Source: Actinomycetes bacterium
GTDB lineage: Bacteria; Actinomycetota; Acidimicrobiia; Acidimicrobiales; Acidimicrobiaceae
NCBI GenBank assembly: GCA_021803345.1
Contig: JAJZLS010000060.1
Location: 48,270-112,269, forward strand
Reading direction: 5' to 3'
Length of the DNA stretch: 64,000 bases
Shown here: in pieces, positions 55,093 to 64,000 of the stretch
Numbering within the stretch: position 1 is the stretch's first letter
How the letters are laid out: each line of letters starts with the position of its first letter
Position numbers and translations under genes: made by a program
Notes under the pieces: generated by a model
Databases searched by the model: none
What the model was told of the DNA's origin: nothing
The model's input: the letters and a program-made list of their open reading frames with translations, nothing else

Positions 55093-56856
55093 TTATTCAA
55101 CGATAACTACTATGTCGCCTCCACCAACCGAATCTCCGGGCTTCACCCTGACTTCTTTCACTATTCCAGACTTTTCAGTGGTAATGGCGTTTTCCATCTT
55201 CATTGCTTCAAGAACACACACGGTTTGACCGGCTTCGACTGATTGTCCTGCTTCCACCAGAACTTTAACAATCGTACCTTGCATCGGAACTGATATTGTG
55301 CCCGAACCTCCTCCGAGGAGTGCATGACTCTTTGCCTTGGGTTTACGGATTCCGTTCGCAGATGGATTCGTGGCTGCTGTGCCTGTTATATCTTGTTGGT
55401 TTAGCCATAATTTCACCTGATAGCGCCGACCATTTACCTCAGCATCGATTTGGCGCTCGATTTTGGTATCTGCTTCTGGTCCAGCTTCGGTAAGGGGCTT
55501 GACTTCGAGATTTTCGAGGCCCGCTTTTTCTTCCACCCATTTGGTGGAGTGTTTCCCTTCCTGGAAGTCCGGATGGGAAAGAATCGCTTCGAGGGCTGGA
55601 ATAGTGGTGTGGACGCCTTCTATTTCGGTTTCGCTCAGGGCCCTCAGCATTCTGGCTATCGCCCTGGGCCTGTCAGGAGCCCAGACGATCAATTTTGCAA
55701 TTAGGTTGTCGTAGAATTGCGAAATGTTATCACCAGATTCATAACCCGAATCAAGTCTGGTCCCAAACCCGTCAGGTTTGAGGAATTTCGTAATCGGGCC
55801 AGGTGAAGGTACGAATCTTCCCTGGGCTGGATTTTCAGCATTGATACGAACTTCTATGGCATGGCCGTGGCGAGATATTTCTTGTTGAGAGTAGGGGATT
55901 TTTTCACCAGCTGCAATTCTGATTTGCAGTTCCACCAGATCAAGTCCAGTTACAAATTCTGTCACCGGGTGCTCCACCTGAAGTCTGGTGTTCATTTCCA
56001 GAAAATAGAACTCTCCGTCCTGGTAAAGGAATTCAACAGTTCCCGCGTTTACATATCCGCACGCTTTGGCAACTTTTACTGCCGCTTCTCCCATGGCAGT
56101 CCTTATTTCATCGGGAAAATTGACAGCTGGAGATTCCTCTACCAGTTTCTGGTGCCTTCTCTGGCTGGAGCAATCCCTTTCGCCCAGCCAGAGTACATTT
56201 CCGAAGTTATCAGCAAATATCTGCATCTCAATGTGTCTCGGCCAGGTCAGGTAGCGTTCAAGGTAACTCTCTGAGCGTCCAAATGACTTCTCTGCTTCCC
56301 TTTGAGCTGACTCCAGAGCTTCAGCAGCATCCTCTGGGCGATGGACGACGCGCATTCCTCTTCCGCCCCCACCGTATGCTGCCTTGATCGCCACTGGCCA
56401 TCCAAATTCATTTCCAAAGGCGATTACTTCCGATACATCCCTGATGACTTCATTGGTGCCAGGAACACCTGCCACTCCCACTTTATTGGCTGCAATGCGG
56501 GAACTTATTTTGTCACCCATGATTTCGATGGCTTCCGGAGGAGGTCCAATGAAGGTAACGCCGGCGTTAGTGACAGTTCGAGCAAAGTCGGTATTCTCAG
56601 AGAAGAAACCATACCCAGGGTGTAGAGCATCGACGCCTGACTTTTGGATAATGTCAAGGATAGCTTCGGTGTTAAGATAGCTTTCAGCGACAGTTTGGCC
56701 ACCTAAGGCGTATGCCTCGTCGGCAAGTCTGACGTGCAGAGCGTCTCGATCGAGTTCTGAGTAGATGGAAACGGTCTTAATGCCTATTTCCCTTGCGGTT
56801 CGAATCACTCTGACGGCAATTTCTCCCCTGTTGGCGACCAAAAGCTTTTTGAACAT
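55093..56856 (-). CDS. Acyl-CoA carboxylase alpha subunit (biotin carboxylase + BCCP)
   Basis: 587 aa. It starts MFKKLLVANRGEIAVRVIRTA, has an ATP-grasp domain, and has a C-terminal biotinyl domain with the EAMKME motif. Confidence 0.95.
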   Translation of the reverse strand: MFKKLLVANRGEIAVRVIRTAREIGIKTVSIYSELDRDALHVRLADEAYALGGQTVAESYLNTEAILDIIQKSGVDALHPGYGFFSENTDFARTVTNAGVTFIGPPPEAIEIMGDKISSRIAANKVGVAGVPGTNEVIRDVSEVIAFGNEFGWPVAIKAAYGGGGRGMRVVHRPEDAAEALESAQREAEKSFGRSESYLERYLTWPRHIEMQIFADNFGNVLWLGERDCSSQRRHQKLVEESPAVNFPDEIRTAMGEAAVKVAKACGYVNAGTVEFLYQDGEFYFLEMNTRLQVEHPVTEFVTGLDLVELQIRIAAGEKIPYSQQEISRHGHAIEVRINAENPAQGRFVPSPGPITKFLKPDGFGTRLDSGYESGDNISQFYDNLIAKLIVWAPDRPRAIARMLRALSETEIEGVHTTIPALEAILSHPDFQEGKHSTKWVEEKAGLENLEVKPLTEAGPEADTKIERQIDAEVNGRRYQVKLWLNQQDITGTAATNPSANGIRKPKAKSHALLGGGSGTISVPMQGTIVKVLVEAGQSVEAGQTVCVLEAMKMENAITTEKSGIVKEVRVKPGDSVGGGDIVVIVE

Positions 56857-56905
56857 CTTTCCTCTACTTTCCCTTTGTCTTGAGTAAGTCTAAGGTTATA
56901 GAACT

Positions 56906-57700
56906 ATGACTGAAATACAAATTCCAATTGTTAATAAATCCGGCCTTACCTGGGAGCTACAATTTTTCGACGTTGTCGATTCAACTAACCAGGTGGCGAT
57001 GAGTATGGCGCAAGAGGCGAGGTCGGAAGGCCAGGTGATATTTGCCGATCATCAAAACTCAGGACGCGGCAGACTCGATCGCCAATGGGTCGATAGCCCA
57101 GGCACTTCTGTTCTAATGTCGATACTCCTCCGTCCTAAATTTCCCAAAGAATTTTTTTATCTGATAACCTCTGCACTTTCGCTTGCAACGCTTCAAATAC
57201 TGAATGAAAAATTTACACTCGCATGTCAGCTTAAATGGCCTAACGATCTGATGGTATCAGATAGGAAAATTGCAGGAATATTAGCAGAGGCCAATTTCGA
57301 CTCTGAGGAAAATCCGGTTGTTGTAGTGGGAATGGGATTGAACTGTAAGCAATCTGATAAAGAGTTGGAAGAGCTGGGTAGGCCAGCGTGTTCGATATTT
57401 TCAGAAACCGGGGTGGTGTTAGACCTGGATGCAAGGATGAGTCTTGCTGCCGCAATCGCAGGACGATTCGCTGAGCTGTATCTGGATTTAGAAGATCCGT
57501 CAGGAAGAATATCGGTCTCAAGTCTGTACCGTCAGCAGTGTTCGACTATAGGGAAATTGGTACAGGTTGAAATGGCTGATGAGACCCTTACAGGAGTGGC
57601 GTCTGACATATCGGTGGAAGGGAATCTTTTGGTGGAGACTGATTCCTGTATGCGGGCCGTTGCAGCCGGAGACGTGATACATGTCAATAAAGCCGGATAA
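56906..57700 (+). CDS. birA: Biotin--[acetyl-CoA-carboxylase] ligase (group I, no DNA-binding domain)
   Basis: 264 aa with the motifs QNSGRGRLDRQW and KWPNDL. It lies divergent from the carboxylase alpha subunit. Confidence 0.9.
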   Translation: MTEIQIPIVNKSGLTWELQFFDVVDSTNQVAMSMAQEARSEGQVIFADHQNSGRGRLDRQWVDSPGTSVLMSILLRPKFPKEFFYLITSALSLATLQILNEKFTLACQLKWPNDLMVSDRKIAGILAEANFDSEENPVVVVGMGLNCKQSDKELEELGRPACSIFSETGVVLDLDARMSLAAAIAGRFAELYLDLEDPSGRISVSSLYRQQCSTIGKLVQVEMADETLTGVASDISVEGNLLVETDSCMRAVAAGDVIHVNKAG

Positions 57701-57821
57701 TGAGCCTTTGAGTCTGCATCTATATATTGTGGTTTGTTGAGTTATCGAGCCACGGTCTCCAGATATGTGGCAAATTTTAACTTTACGCAATTGTTGGTTC
57801 GGCGAAGGCTAGGTTAGTTCT

Positions 57822-58904
57822 GTGGCAAATTCAATCAAAGGTCTTGTACTTGCCGGTGGTACCGGAAGCAGACTGCGTCCTATAACGCATACTTCAGCTA
57901 AGCAGCTAGTTCCCCTGGCTAATAAACCGATACTGTTCTATGGCCTTGAATCGCTGGCTCGGGCAGGAGTGAGCCAGGTGGCAATGATAGTTGGAGACAC
58001 CAGGGAAGAAGTGATGGAGGCAGTGGGCGATGGTTCCCAGTTCGGTCTGAAAGTCACTTATATTCATCAACCCAAACCGTTAGGACTTGCTCACTGCGTA
58101 CTTATGGCAGAGGAAGTACTGGGCGACTCCGATTTCATCATGTACCTGGGTGATAACTTCATAAGGGATGGAGTTAGGGAATTTGTTGACACTTTTGCCC
58201 ACAGGACGGACGGTACAAATGCACAAATACTTTTGGCTAAAGTGCCTGATCCTCATCGCTTCGGTGTAGCCACTCTTGACGAGGAGGGGCATGTAGTATC
58301 CCTGGTAGAAAAGCCGGAGGTGCCACCGTCGGATCTTGCTTTGGTAGGGGTCTATCTATTTGATTCTCAAATATACAAAGCTGTCAAATCTATCGAGCCT
58401 TCAGCCAGGGGAGAGCTGGAGATAACTGATGCCATCCAGTGGCTTATAACCAATGGCATGAAGGTACGCTCTCATATAGTTGATGGATACTGGAAAGATT
58501 TGGGTGAGCCGGAGGCCTTGCTTGAAGGCAACAGGCTCGTACTTGAATCAATCGAGTCAACTATTGCAGGCGAAGTGGATTCGAGTTCGAGGTTGGAAGG
58601 GCGGGTGGTGATCGAATCAGGAGCTAAAGTGATTCGATCAAAGATTCGCGGCCCGGTGATAATAGGCAAAGGGACAGTCATAAAAGATAGCTTTATCGGT
58701 CCTTTTACCTCGATAGCGGCTGGCTGCACCATTGATTCCAGCGAAGTCGAACATTCAATTATTTTGGATGGCAGCAAGATAAATAACATCGATAGGCTGG
58801 AAGGTTCGATTATCGGTAAATCTGTAGCGGTTGCAAAAACTGAGAGGCGTCCATTTGCCACAAGATTGGTGGTGGGTGACCACTCAAGGATAGATCTGGT
58901 ATAG
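57822..58904 (+). CDS. rmlA: Glucose-1-phosphate thymidylyltransferase (long form with a C-terminal left-handed beta-helix)
   Basis: 360 aa with a GTG start. It reads GLVLAGGTGSRLRPITHTSAKQLVP and has hexapeptide-like repeats at the C-terminus. Confidence 0.88.
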   Translation: MANSIKGLVLAGGTGSRLRPITHTSAKQLVPLANKPILFYGLESLARAGVSQVAMIVGDTREEVMEAVGDGSQFGLKVTYIHQPKPLGLAHCVLMAEEVLGDSDFIMYLGDNFIRDGVREFVDTFAHRTDGTNAQILLAKVPDPHRFGVATLDEEGHVVSLVEKPEVPPSDLALVGVYLFDSQIYKAVKSIEPSARGELEITDAIQWLITNGMKVRSHIVDGYWKDLGEPEALLEGNRLVLESIESTIAGEVDSSSRLEGRVVIESGAKVIRSKIRGPVIIGKGTVIKDSFIGPFTSIAAGCTIDSSEVEHSIILDGSKINNIDRLEGSIIGKSVAVAKTERRPFATRLVVGDHSRIDLV

Positions 58905-58982
58905 CCTTTTGCCGGGTTTTTGGCATTAAGTTGCTGAAAAACGATAATTAAAGATTCGATTATTTCAATTGGGAGATGCTCA

Positions 58983-59996
58983 ATGAGGTTGATGGTCACT
59001 GGTGGCGCCGGATTTATAGGGTCAAATTTCGTTCGATACTGGATTGAAAATCACCCTTCTGACCAGGTTGTGGTCTATGACGCACTCACGTATGCGGGAA
59101 ACCTGACTTCGCTGGCGGACTTAGAAGGATCTTACACCTTTGTACATGGTGATATCGCTGACACAGAGTTGGCGCTTGAGACACTCAAGAAACATAAGAC
59201 TGAGGTGATTGTGAACTTTGCTGCTGAGTCGCATAACTCTTTGGCAATTGTTGACCCGGGCAGATTCTTTAGAACCAATGTGATGGGAACCCAGGGCCTG
59301 CTCGAAGCGGCTCGCCATAGCGATATTGAGCGTTTTCACCATGTATCCACCTGCGAGGTCTATGGAGACCTGGAACTCGATTCTCCCAACTCATTTAGTG
59401 AAAGTTCTCCATATCTCCCAAGGACCCCTTATAATGCCTCGAAGGCCGGTGCCGATCATGCTGTCAGGGCATACCATCTCACCTATGGCGTTCCTATCTC
59501 AATAACCAATTGTTCCAATAACTACGGACGTTACCAGTTCCCGGAAAAGGTAATTCCGTTATTTGTCACCAATGCCATCGATGACCTGCCTCTTCCGTTG
59601 TACGCTTCCACTCAAAATAAGCGGGAGTGGATTCATGCACTGGATCACTCAAGCGCAATTGACGCTGTGATTAATAGTGGTCGAACCGGTGAGACATATC
59701 ATGTGGGAACCGGGCTTGAGAAGAGCATCGAAGAAATCGCTGACCTGGTGTTGGATCGCCTCAATAAGCCAAAATCCCTTAAAACGATAGTTCCTGATCG
59801 ACCGAGCCACGATAAAAGGTATCTGCTCGATTCATCTAAAATTAGAGACGAGCTGAATTGGAGTCCTCAGATCGGCTTTGAAGATGGCATAGCTGATCTT
59901 ATTGAGTGGTACAGGTCCAACAGGAGCTGGTGGGAGCCGCTGAAGGCAAAAGCTCCTGTTTCTGAAGGAACCGAATGGCAACGGACTTCCAACTGA
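58983..59996 (+). CDS. rmlB: dTDP-glucose 4,6-dehydratase
   Basis: 337 aa with the motifs VTGGAGFIGSNF, the YNASKAG catalytic motif and the SDR-extended fold. Confidence 0.95.
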   Translation: MRLMVTGGAGFIGSNFVRYWIENHPSDQVVVYDALTYAGNLTSLADLEGSYTFVHGDIADTELALETLKKHKTEVIVNFAAESHNSLAIVDPGRFFRTNVMGTQGLLEAARHSDIERFHHVSTCEVYGDLELDSPNSFSESSPYLPRTPYNASKAGADHAVRAYHLTYGVPISITNCSNNYGRYQFPEKVIPLFVTNAIDDLPLPLYASTQNKREWIHALDHSSAIDAVINSGRTGETYHVGTGLEKSIEEIADLVLDRLNKPKSLKTIVPDRPSHDKRYLLDSSKIRDELNWSPQIGFEDGIADLIEWYRSNRSWWEPLKAKAPVSEGTEWQRTSN

Positions 59997-60027
59997 TCTT
60001 TGTTATCGACATAGAGGGGCTTTCAAA

Positions 60028-60885
60028 GTGGCACTTAGAGTATTGATCACCGGCGGGTCTGGTCAGGTAGGTAGAGAGCTGATTGGCGAGTGTTCAAGTA
60101 GGGCAGAGATTGGCAAGATATATGCTCCACCATCTGAAACACTTAATTTGAGTGACAGAAAGTCAGTGATCGGTGCGGTCCTGGAGTTCAAGCCTGACTG
60201 GATAATTCACGCTGGAGCTTGGACGCAAGTTGACGCTTGCGAGGGAGATTTAGGCAAAGCTTATCTTGTAAACGCTTTGGGAACCCGTTTTGTCACCGAA
60301 GCCGCAGAAGCTGCCTCCTCACGCGTGCTTTATATTTCGACAGACTACGTCTTTGACGGAAGCGGGAAGCGTCCATATCTGGAATGGGACCCTGTCGGGC
60401 CGAGGACAATTTACGGTGCTTCAAAATTGGCGGGCGAACGGGAGCTGCGAAGCACGGATACTATTGTCCGGACCTCCTGGGTGATGGGTGAATACGGGCA
60501 TAACATGGCCAAGACGCTAATAAGATTGGCACACTCGGAAGGCGAGCATCGTTTTGTGGATGATCAGATTGGTATACCTACCATTGTGTCTGACATGGTC
60601 AAAACGATTTGTGATCTTGTGGTCGGGGGCTACGGTGGGATCTTTCACCTTTCCAACTCCGGGCCAACCACTTGGTACGATATAGCTTGCTATGTCTTTG
60701 ATTTGCTTGGTGAGGATTCGAGCAGAATAATACCGATCAAGACTGCCGAACTTTCTGGATTGAGGGCCCCCAGGCCACATTATTCCGTTCTTGACAATTT
60801 TGCCTTACGCGGTATCGGCATGAAGCCGCTGCCTCCCTGGCAGGAGTCGCTTGCACGGCTGGTAAACAAGCTGACGGTAGGGTAA
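60028..60885 (+). CDS. rmlD: dTDP-4-dehydrorhamnose reductase
   Basis: 285 aa with a GTG start. It has ITGGSGQVG and YGASKLAGE, and the length is typical of RmlD. Confidence 0.9.
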   Translation: MALRVLITGGSGQVGRELIGECSSRAEIGKIYAPPSETLNLSDRKSVIGAVLEFKPDWIIHAGAWTQVDACEGDLGKAYLVNALGTRFVTEAAEAASSRVLYISTDYVFDGSGKRPYLEWDPVGPRTIYGASKLAGERELRSTDTIVRTSWVMGEYGHNMAKTLIRLAHSEGEHRFVDDQIGIPTIVSDMVKTICDLVVGGYGGIFHLSNSGPTTWYDIACYVFDLLGEDSSRIIPIKTAELSGLRAPRPHYSVLDNFALRGIGMKPLPPWQESLARLVNKLTVG

Positions 60886-60895
60886 TCGAAGAATT

Positions 60896-61774
60896 ATGAG
60901 CAGTAGTGTCGAAGCAGTAGTAGTCAACTACAACTCGGGAGATCATCTTAATCTGGCGGTCGAATCGCTACTAAATGCAGGTGTTGAGAAAATTTGGATT
61001 GTGGATAACGGTTCCACCGACGGTTCGGTTGATTTAGCGGCCAAAGGCGATCCTTCAGTGCAAGTTTTGACTCCTGGTGAGAATCTTGGGTATGGCAAGG
61101 CGGTCAACTTTGCCTTTCAGCGCTCAGGTGGCAAGTATTTTCTTGTTTGCAATCCCGATATAGAGCTTGACTCCGATTCGGTCGCAAATATGGTGGTAGA
61201 GATCGAAGGGCACGGCGAATGTGCACTTGTGGGGCCAAGGATATTGAACTCGGATGACTCTATATATCCTTCGGTAAGACGATTTCCGAACCTAGTGGAT
61301 TCTGCTGGACATGCCCTGTTGGGTCAGTTTTTCCCCAACAATCCGTTCACCAGGCGATATCGCCTGCTTGATATGGACCATAAAACTTCATTTGCTGCTG
61401 ACTGGGTTTCTGGCGCCTGTTTCTTGGTTCGTTCGGATATATTTTCGCAAGTTGGAGGGTTTGACCCAGCTTTTTTTATGTATCTGGAGGATGTCTATCT
61501 TTGTAGGCAAATTGGAAAGTTGGGCTACACGGTCAGATATTGTGGAAAAGCAGTTGTGCGTCACTGGCAGGGAGTTTCCACATCAAAGCGCCCCCTTACA
61601 ATGATATTTGCCCATCACAAGTCATTGTGGACATACTCCAAACTAACCAAAACCGGATGGAGGAAATTCGAGCTCCCGCTGGTTGGAATCGGGATAGTTG
61701 TGAGACTTTTGGTATCGCTACTAATAGCGGTTTCTAAACGTGAGATAAAAAAACCTAGAGTAGATTTAATTTAG
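60896..61774 (+). CDS. Family 2 glycosyltransferase (WbbL-like rhamnosyltransferase)
   Basis: 292 aa. It reads VVVNYNSGDHL...VDNGSTDGS, has the DxD-like CNPDIE, and has ED in FMYLEDVYL. It follows rmlD, as in mycobacterial rmlD-wbbL. Confidence 0.85.
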   Translation: MSSSVEAVVVNYNSGDHLNLAVESLLNAGVEKIWIVDNGSTDGSVDLAAKGDPSVQVLTPGENLGYGKAVNFAFQRSGGKYFLVCNPDIELDSDSVANMVVEIEGHGECALVGPRILNSDDSIYPSVRRFPNLVDSAGHALLGQFFPNNPFTRRYRLLDMDHKTSFAADWVSGACFLVRSDIFSQVGGFDPAFFMYLEDVYLCRQIGKLGYTVRYCGKAVVRHWQGVSTSKRPLTMIFAHHKSLWTYSKLTKTGWRKFELPLVGIGIVVRLLVSLLIAVSKREIKKPRVDLI

Positions 61775-61827
61775 TCATTTGATTTTCTGCCTGTTTATGG
61801 TCAAAGTGGAACTAACCTGATTGCGTC

Positions 61828-62583
61828 ATGGCTAAGGGTTCAATTGGAAAACAGGTGGCTCGCGCAGCTTCAACTGGCGGGGGTCGGACTTCACGTGGCG
61901 AGCTTCCGCTGGGATTTTATGGCGGCCTCGCACTTATTAGTATTTTGGGAGTAGTGGTTGTTGGCTATTCCAGGTATGAATTACAACACCCAGTCAGCAA
62001 GCCAGTTGTACACCCGGTCATTGGTGATAACTGGAATTTTGCTTTTGGTGTTTATGATTGCAAGTCATTCCTACCTAACCTCCCTTCTATAAAAGCTCCA
62101 GCAAACGCTTCGTTTACTACAACTGGGAATGGGATCATAAACCTTTCTCCCAAGGTGGCCGCCGACGAAGGCAAGGGGGCTACTCTTGGCAAGTTTGCCA
62201 GCCAATATAAGGGTCTAAAGTTTAATGCCACTTCAGTTGTTTATCCTGGAAAGGGTACAATCACTCAAGGGGCAAGCTGCAACGGAAAACCTACCCAACT
62301 GGAAACATCGGTATGGAGTTCAATCCTCGATACGCATCCGAAGATATATACTGGGAATCCGGCAAAAGTAGCGATCACTTCAAACGATGAACTTGTAACT
62401 ATTGGATTTGTTCCTAAAGGTACTGCGTTGCCTAAACCAGCTTCAGCTAGTCAACTAGCCAATGTAACCACCACCACAACTGCGGCTCCGGCAACAACCA
62501 CTACCACTTCGCCAAAGAGCAGTGGTAAAGCAAGTTCAAGCTCAACTACTGGTGCATCGACTACCACCACTAAAGCTGGGTAG
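61828..62583 (+). CDS. Hypothetical membrane-anchored secreted protein with a Thr/Ser-rich C-terminal tail
   Basis: 251 aa. It has a basic N-terminus, one TM helix (LALISILGVVVVGY), an extracytoplasmic domain and a TTTTAAPATTTTTSPKSSGKASSSSTTGASTTTT tail. Confidence 0.5.
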   Translation: MAKGSIGKQVARAASTGGGRTSRGELPLGFYGGLALISILGVVVVGYSRYELQHPVSKPVVHPVIGDNWNFAFGVYDCKSFLPNLPSIKAPANASFTTTGNGIINLSPKVAADEGKGATLGKFASQYKGLKFNATSVVYPGKGTITQGASCNGKPTQLETSVWSSILDTHPKIYTGNPAKVAITSNDELVTIGFVPKGTALPKPASASQLANVTTTTTAAPATTTTTSPKSSGKASSSSTTGASTTTTKAG

Positions 62584-62662
62584 TTCAGCTTTGGTAAAGA
62601 TTTTTAGGGCGTTGATTCTGACAATTTCCAGTCTCAGTTTGGATACTGAAGGGTTTTAGTCA

Positions 62663-63739
62663 ATGAAGGCAATAATTTTGGTTGGAGGCGAAGGTACTCG
62701 ACTGCGTCCACTGACTTTGGACACTCCCAAGCAGATGCTGGAGATCGCCGGGATAACGATGCTGGAGAGGGTTGTTGGCAGGCTGGCACATTTTGGCGTG
62801 ACCGAGGTTGTGCTTTCGCTCGGATACAGGCCAGACGTTTTCCTTGAGGCTTATCCAGGTGGGTATATAGCGGACGTTAAATTGACCTACGCGGTCGAAC
62901 CTGAACCTCTGGATACAGCCGGGGCAATCAGGTACGCAGCTGAGTATGCCAAGATCCGGGAAACCATGATCGTGATCAATGGCGACGTTCTATCCGATAT
63001 ACCTATAGACCATCTGCTTGAGTCTCACCGGAGCAAAGGGGCCATGGCTTCCATAGCACTAGTCGAAGTGGAGGATCCTTCTGCATTCGGAGTAGTTCCG
63101 ACTGATTCAGACGGCAGGGTACTTGCCTTCATAGAAAAGCCAGCTCCTGGCACTGCTCCAACAAACTTGATCAATGCGGGTACCTATGTCATTGAGCCGG
63201 AGATGCTGGCCTTGATAGATCCTAACCGCCGGGTCTCTATTGAAAAGGAAATCTTTCCTGGACTTGTTGAGGAGGGTTTGCTTTATGCAAACGGATACAG
63301 CTGCTACTGGATTGATGCGGGAACTCCGCCAACTTTTTTAAAAGCTTCGCTTGATATAGTCTCCGGGATCTTCACGTCGCCGTTACCGGCTAACTTTAAA
63401 GTTAATGAGTTAGGGAACTGGCAGTGTCCCCACTCGGTCGTCCGCGGTGAAGTTTTGCCATATTCTTATGTTGGTCACGATTCTTACGTGGACCACGGAT
63501 CCAGGGTGTCACAGTCGGTTATTTCTAACCGTGTGCAAATCGGCGAAGGAGTTAGTGTAAGCCGTTCGGTAATACTTTCAGGTGCAAAACTTCTACCCGG
63601 AGCTGTGGTTGAAAATTCGATAATTGGTGAGAATGCTGTCATACCTTCGTCTGCCATAATTTTGGACGGTTCAGTAATATCGCATCGAGGAATGGTTGAG
63701 GAAGGTTCAACGGTGAAGGGCCAGAGGATTCCTACCTGA
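62663..63739 (+). CDS. NDP-sugar pyrophosphorylase (mannose-1-phosphate guanylyltransferase-like)
   Basis: 358 aa. It reads MKAIILVGGEGTRLRPLT and has C-terminal hexapeptide repeats. Confidence 0.88.
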   Translation: MKAIILVGGEGTRLRPLTLDTPKQMLEIAGITMLERVVGRLAHFGVTEVVLSLGYRPDVFLEAYPGGYIADVKLTYAVEPEPLDTAGAIRYAAEYAKIRETMIVINGDVLSDIPIDHLLESHRSKGAMASIALVEVEDPSAFGVVPTDSDGRVLAFIEKPAPGTAPTNLINAGTYVIEPEMLALIDPNRRVSIEKEIFPGLVEEGLLYANGYSCYWIDAGTPPTFLKASLDIVSGIFTSPLPANFKVNELGNWQCPHSVVRGEVLPYSYVGHDSYVDHGSRVSQSVISNRVQIGEGVSVSRSVILSGAKLLPGAVVENSIIGENAVIPSSAIILDGSVISHRGMVEEGSTVKGQRIPT

Positions 63740-64000
63740 TGCCAGGGAGAGTAGTGGTTACAGGCGGGGCTGGATTTATCGGCTCACATCTGGTGGATAA
63801 GCTTCTCAGCCTTAGCTACCAGGTGACCGTTATTGACGATTTCTCGACTGGCAAGGAATCTAATCTCAACATAGCTAGAACATATTTAGGCCAATTCGAT
63901 TTGGTTGATATGGATATCACTGATGCGAGGTTGGGAGAGGTTGTATCGGAAATAGCACCTGGGCATATTTTCCATTTGGCTGCCCAGGCTGATGTGAGAA
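63739..64000 (+). CDS. NAD-dependent epimerase/dehydratase (partial, runs off the window)
   Basis: The ATG overlaps the upstream TGA (TGATG). It reads VVVTGGAGFIGSHLVDKLL...VIDDFSTG. Confidence 0.8.
   Translation, partial: MPGRVVVTGGAGFIGSHLVDKLLSLSYQVTVIDDFSTGKESNLNIARTYLGQFDLVDMDITDARLGEVVSEIAPGHIFHLAAQADVR

Overview
This 64-kb window looks like a chromosomal segment from an actinobacterium (Actinomycetota) with moderate GC content. I base that on gene content and on mycobacterial-type synteny: lpd-sucB-lipB-lipA with pepA nearby, rmlD-wbbL-like-manB-like, cofC for F420, an MMPL transporter, a PafBC-type regulator and an Rv2212-like cyclase. It holds about 55 densely packed protein-coding genes. 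By eye I found no rRNA, tRNA or CRISPR array.

Most of the window is core metabolism:
- Transketolase, acyl-CoA ligases and an enoyl-CoA hydratase.
- Acyl-CoA carboxylase alpha and beta subunits and BirA.
- Lpd, E2 and lipoate synthesis.
- MetH, a PduO-type adenosyltransferase and a methylmalonyl-CoA mutase large subunit.
- TypA and RNase HII.
- A dTDP-rhamnose / cell-wall sugar cluster.

Two places look accessory:
1. 22.1-26.1 kb. A single-chain double-WYL (PafBC-like) regulator is followed on the same strand by an orphan MobF/TrwC-type relaxase-domain protein. Its nicking motifs are intact, but its helicase half appears decayed. No other conjugation, integration or proteasome genes are in the window.
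2. 45.8-48.8 kb. This is an AT-rich, decaying patch. It contains an orphan 292-aa ORF, a 3' remnant of a beta-propeller-repeat gene and a truncated HTH gene. It also holds a DinJ/YafQ-like toxin-antitoxin pair bracketed by two sets of imperfect direct repeats.

Other points worth a second look:
- An in-frame LipB-LipA fusion.
- Six perfect 24-bp tandem repeats in the E2 linker.
- A MoeZ-like enzyme with rhodanese and ThiF domains in reversed order.
- A split MCM large subunit with no partner nearby.
- Several clustered palindromes and direct repeats in intergenic regions.

All homology calls come from motif recognition by eye. No database search was run.
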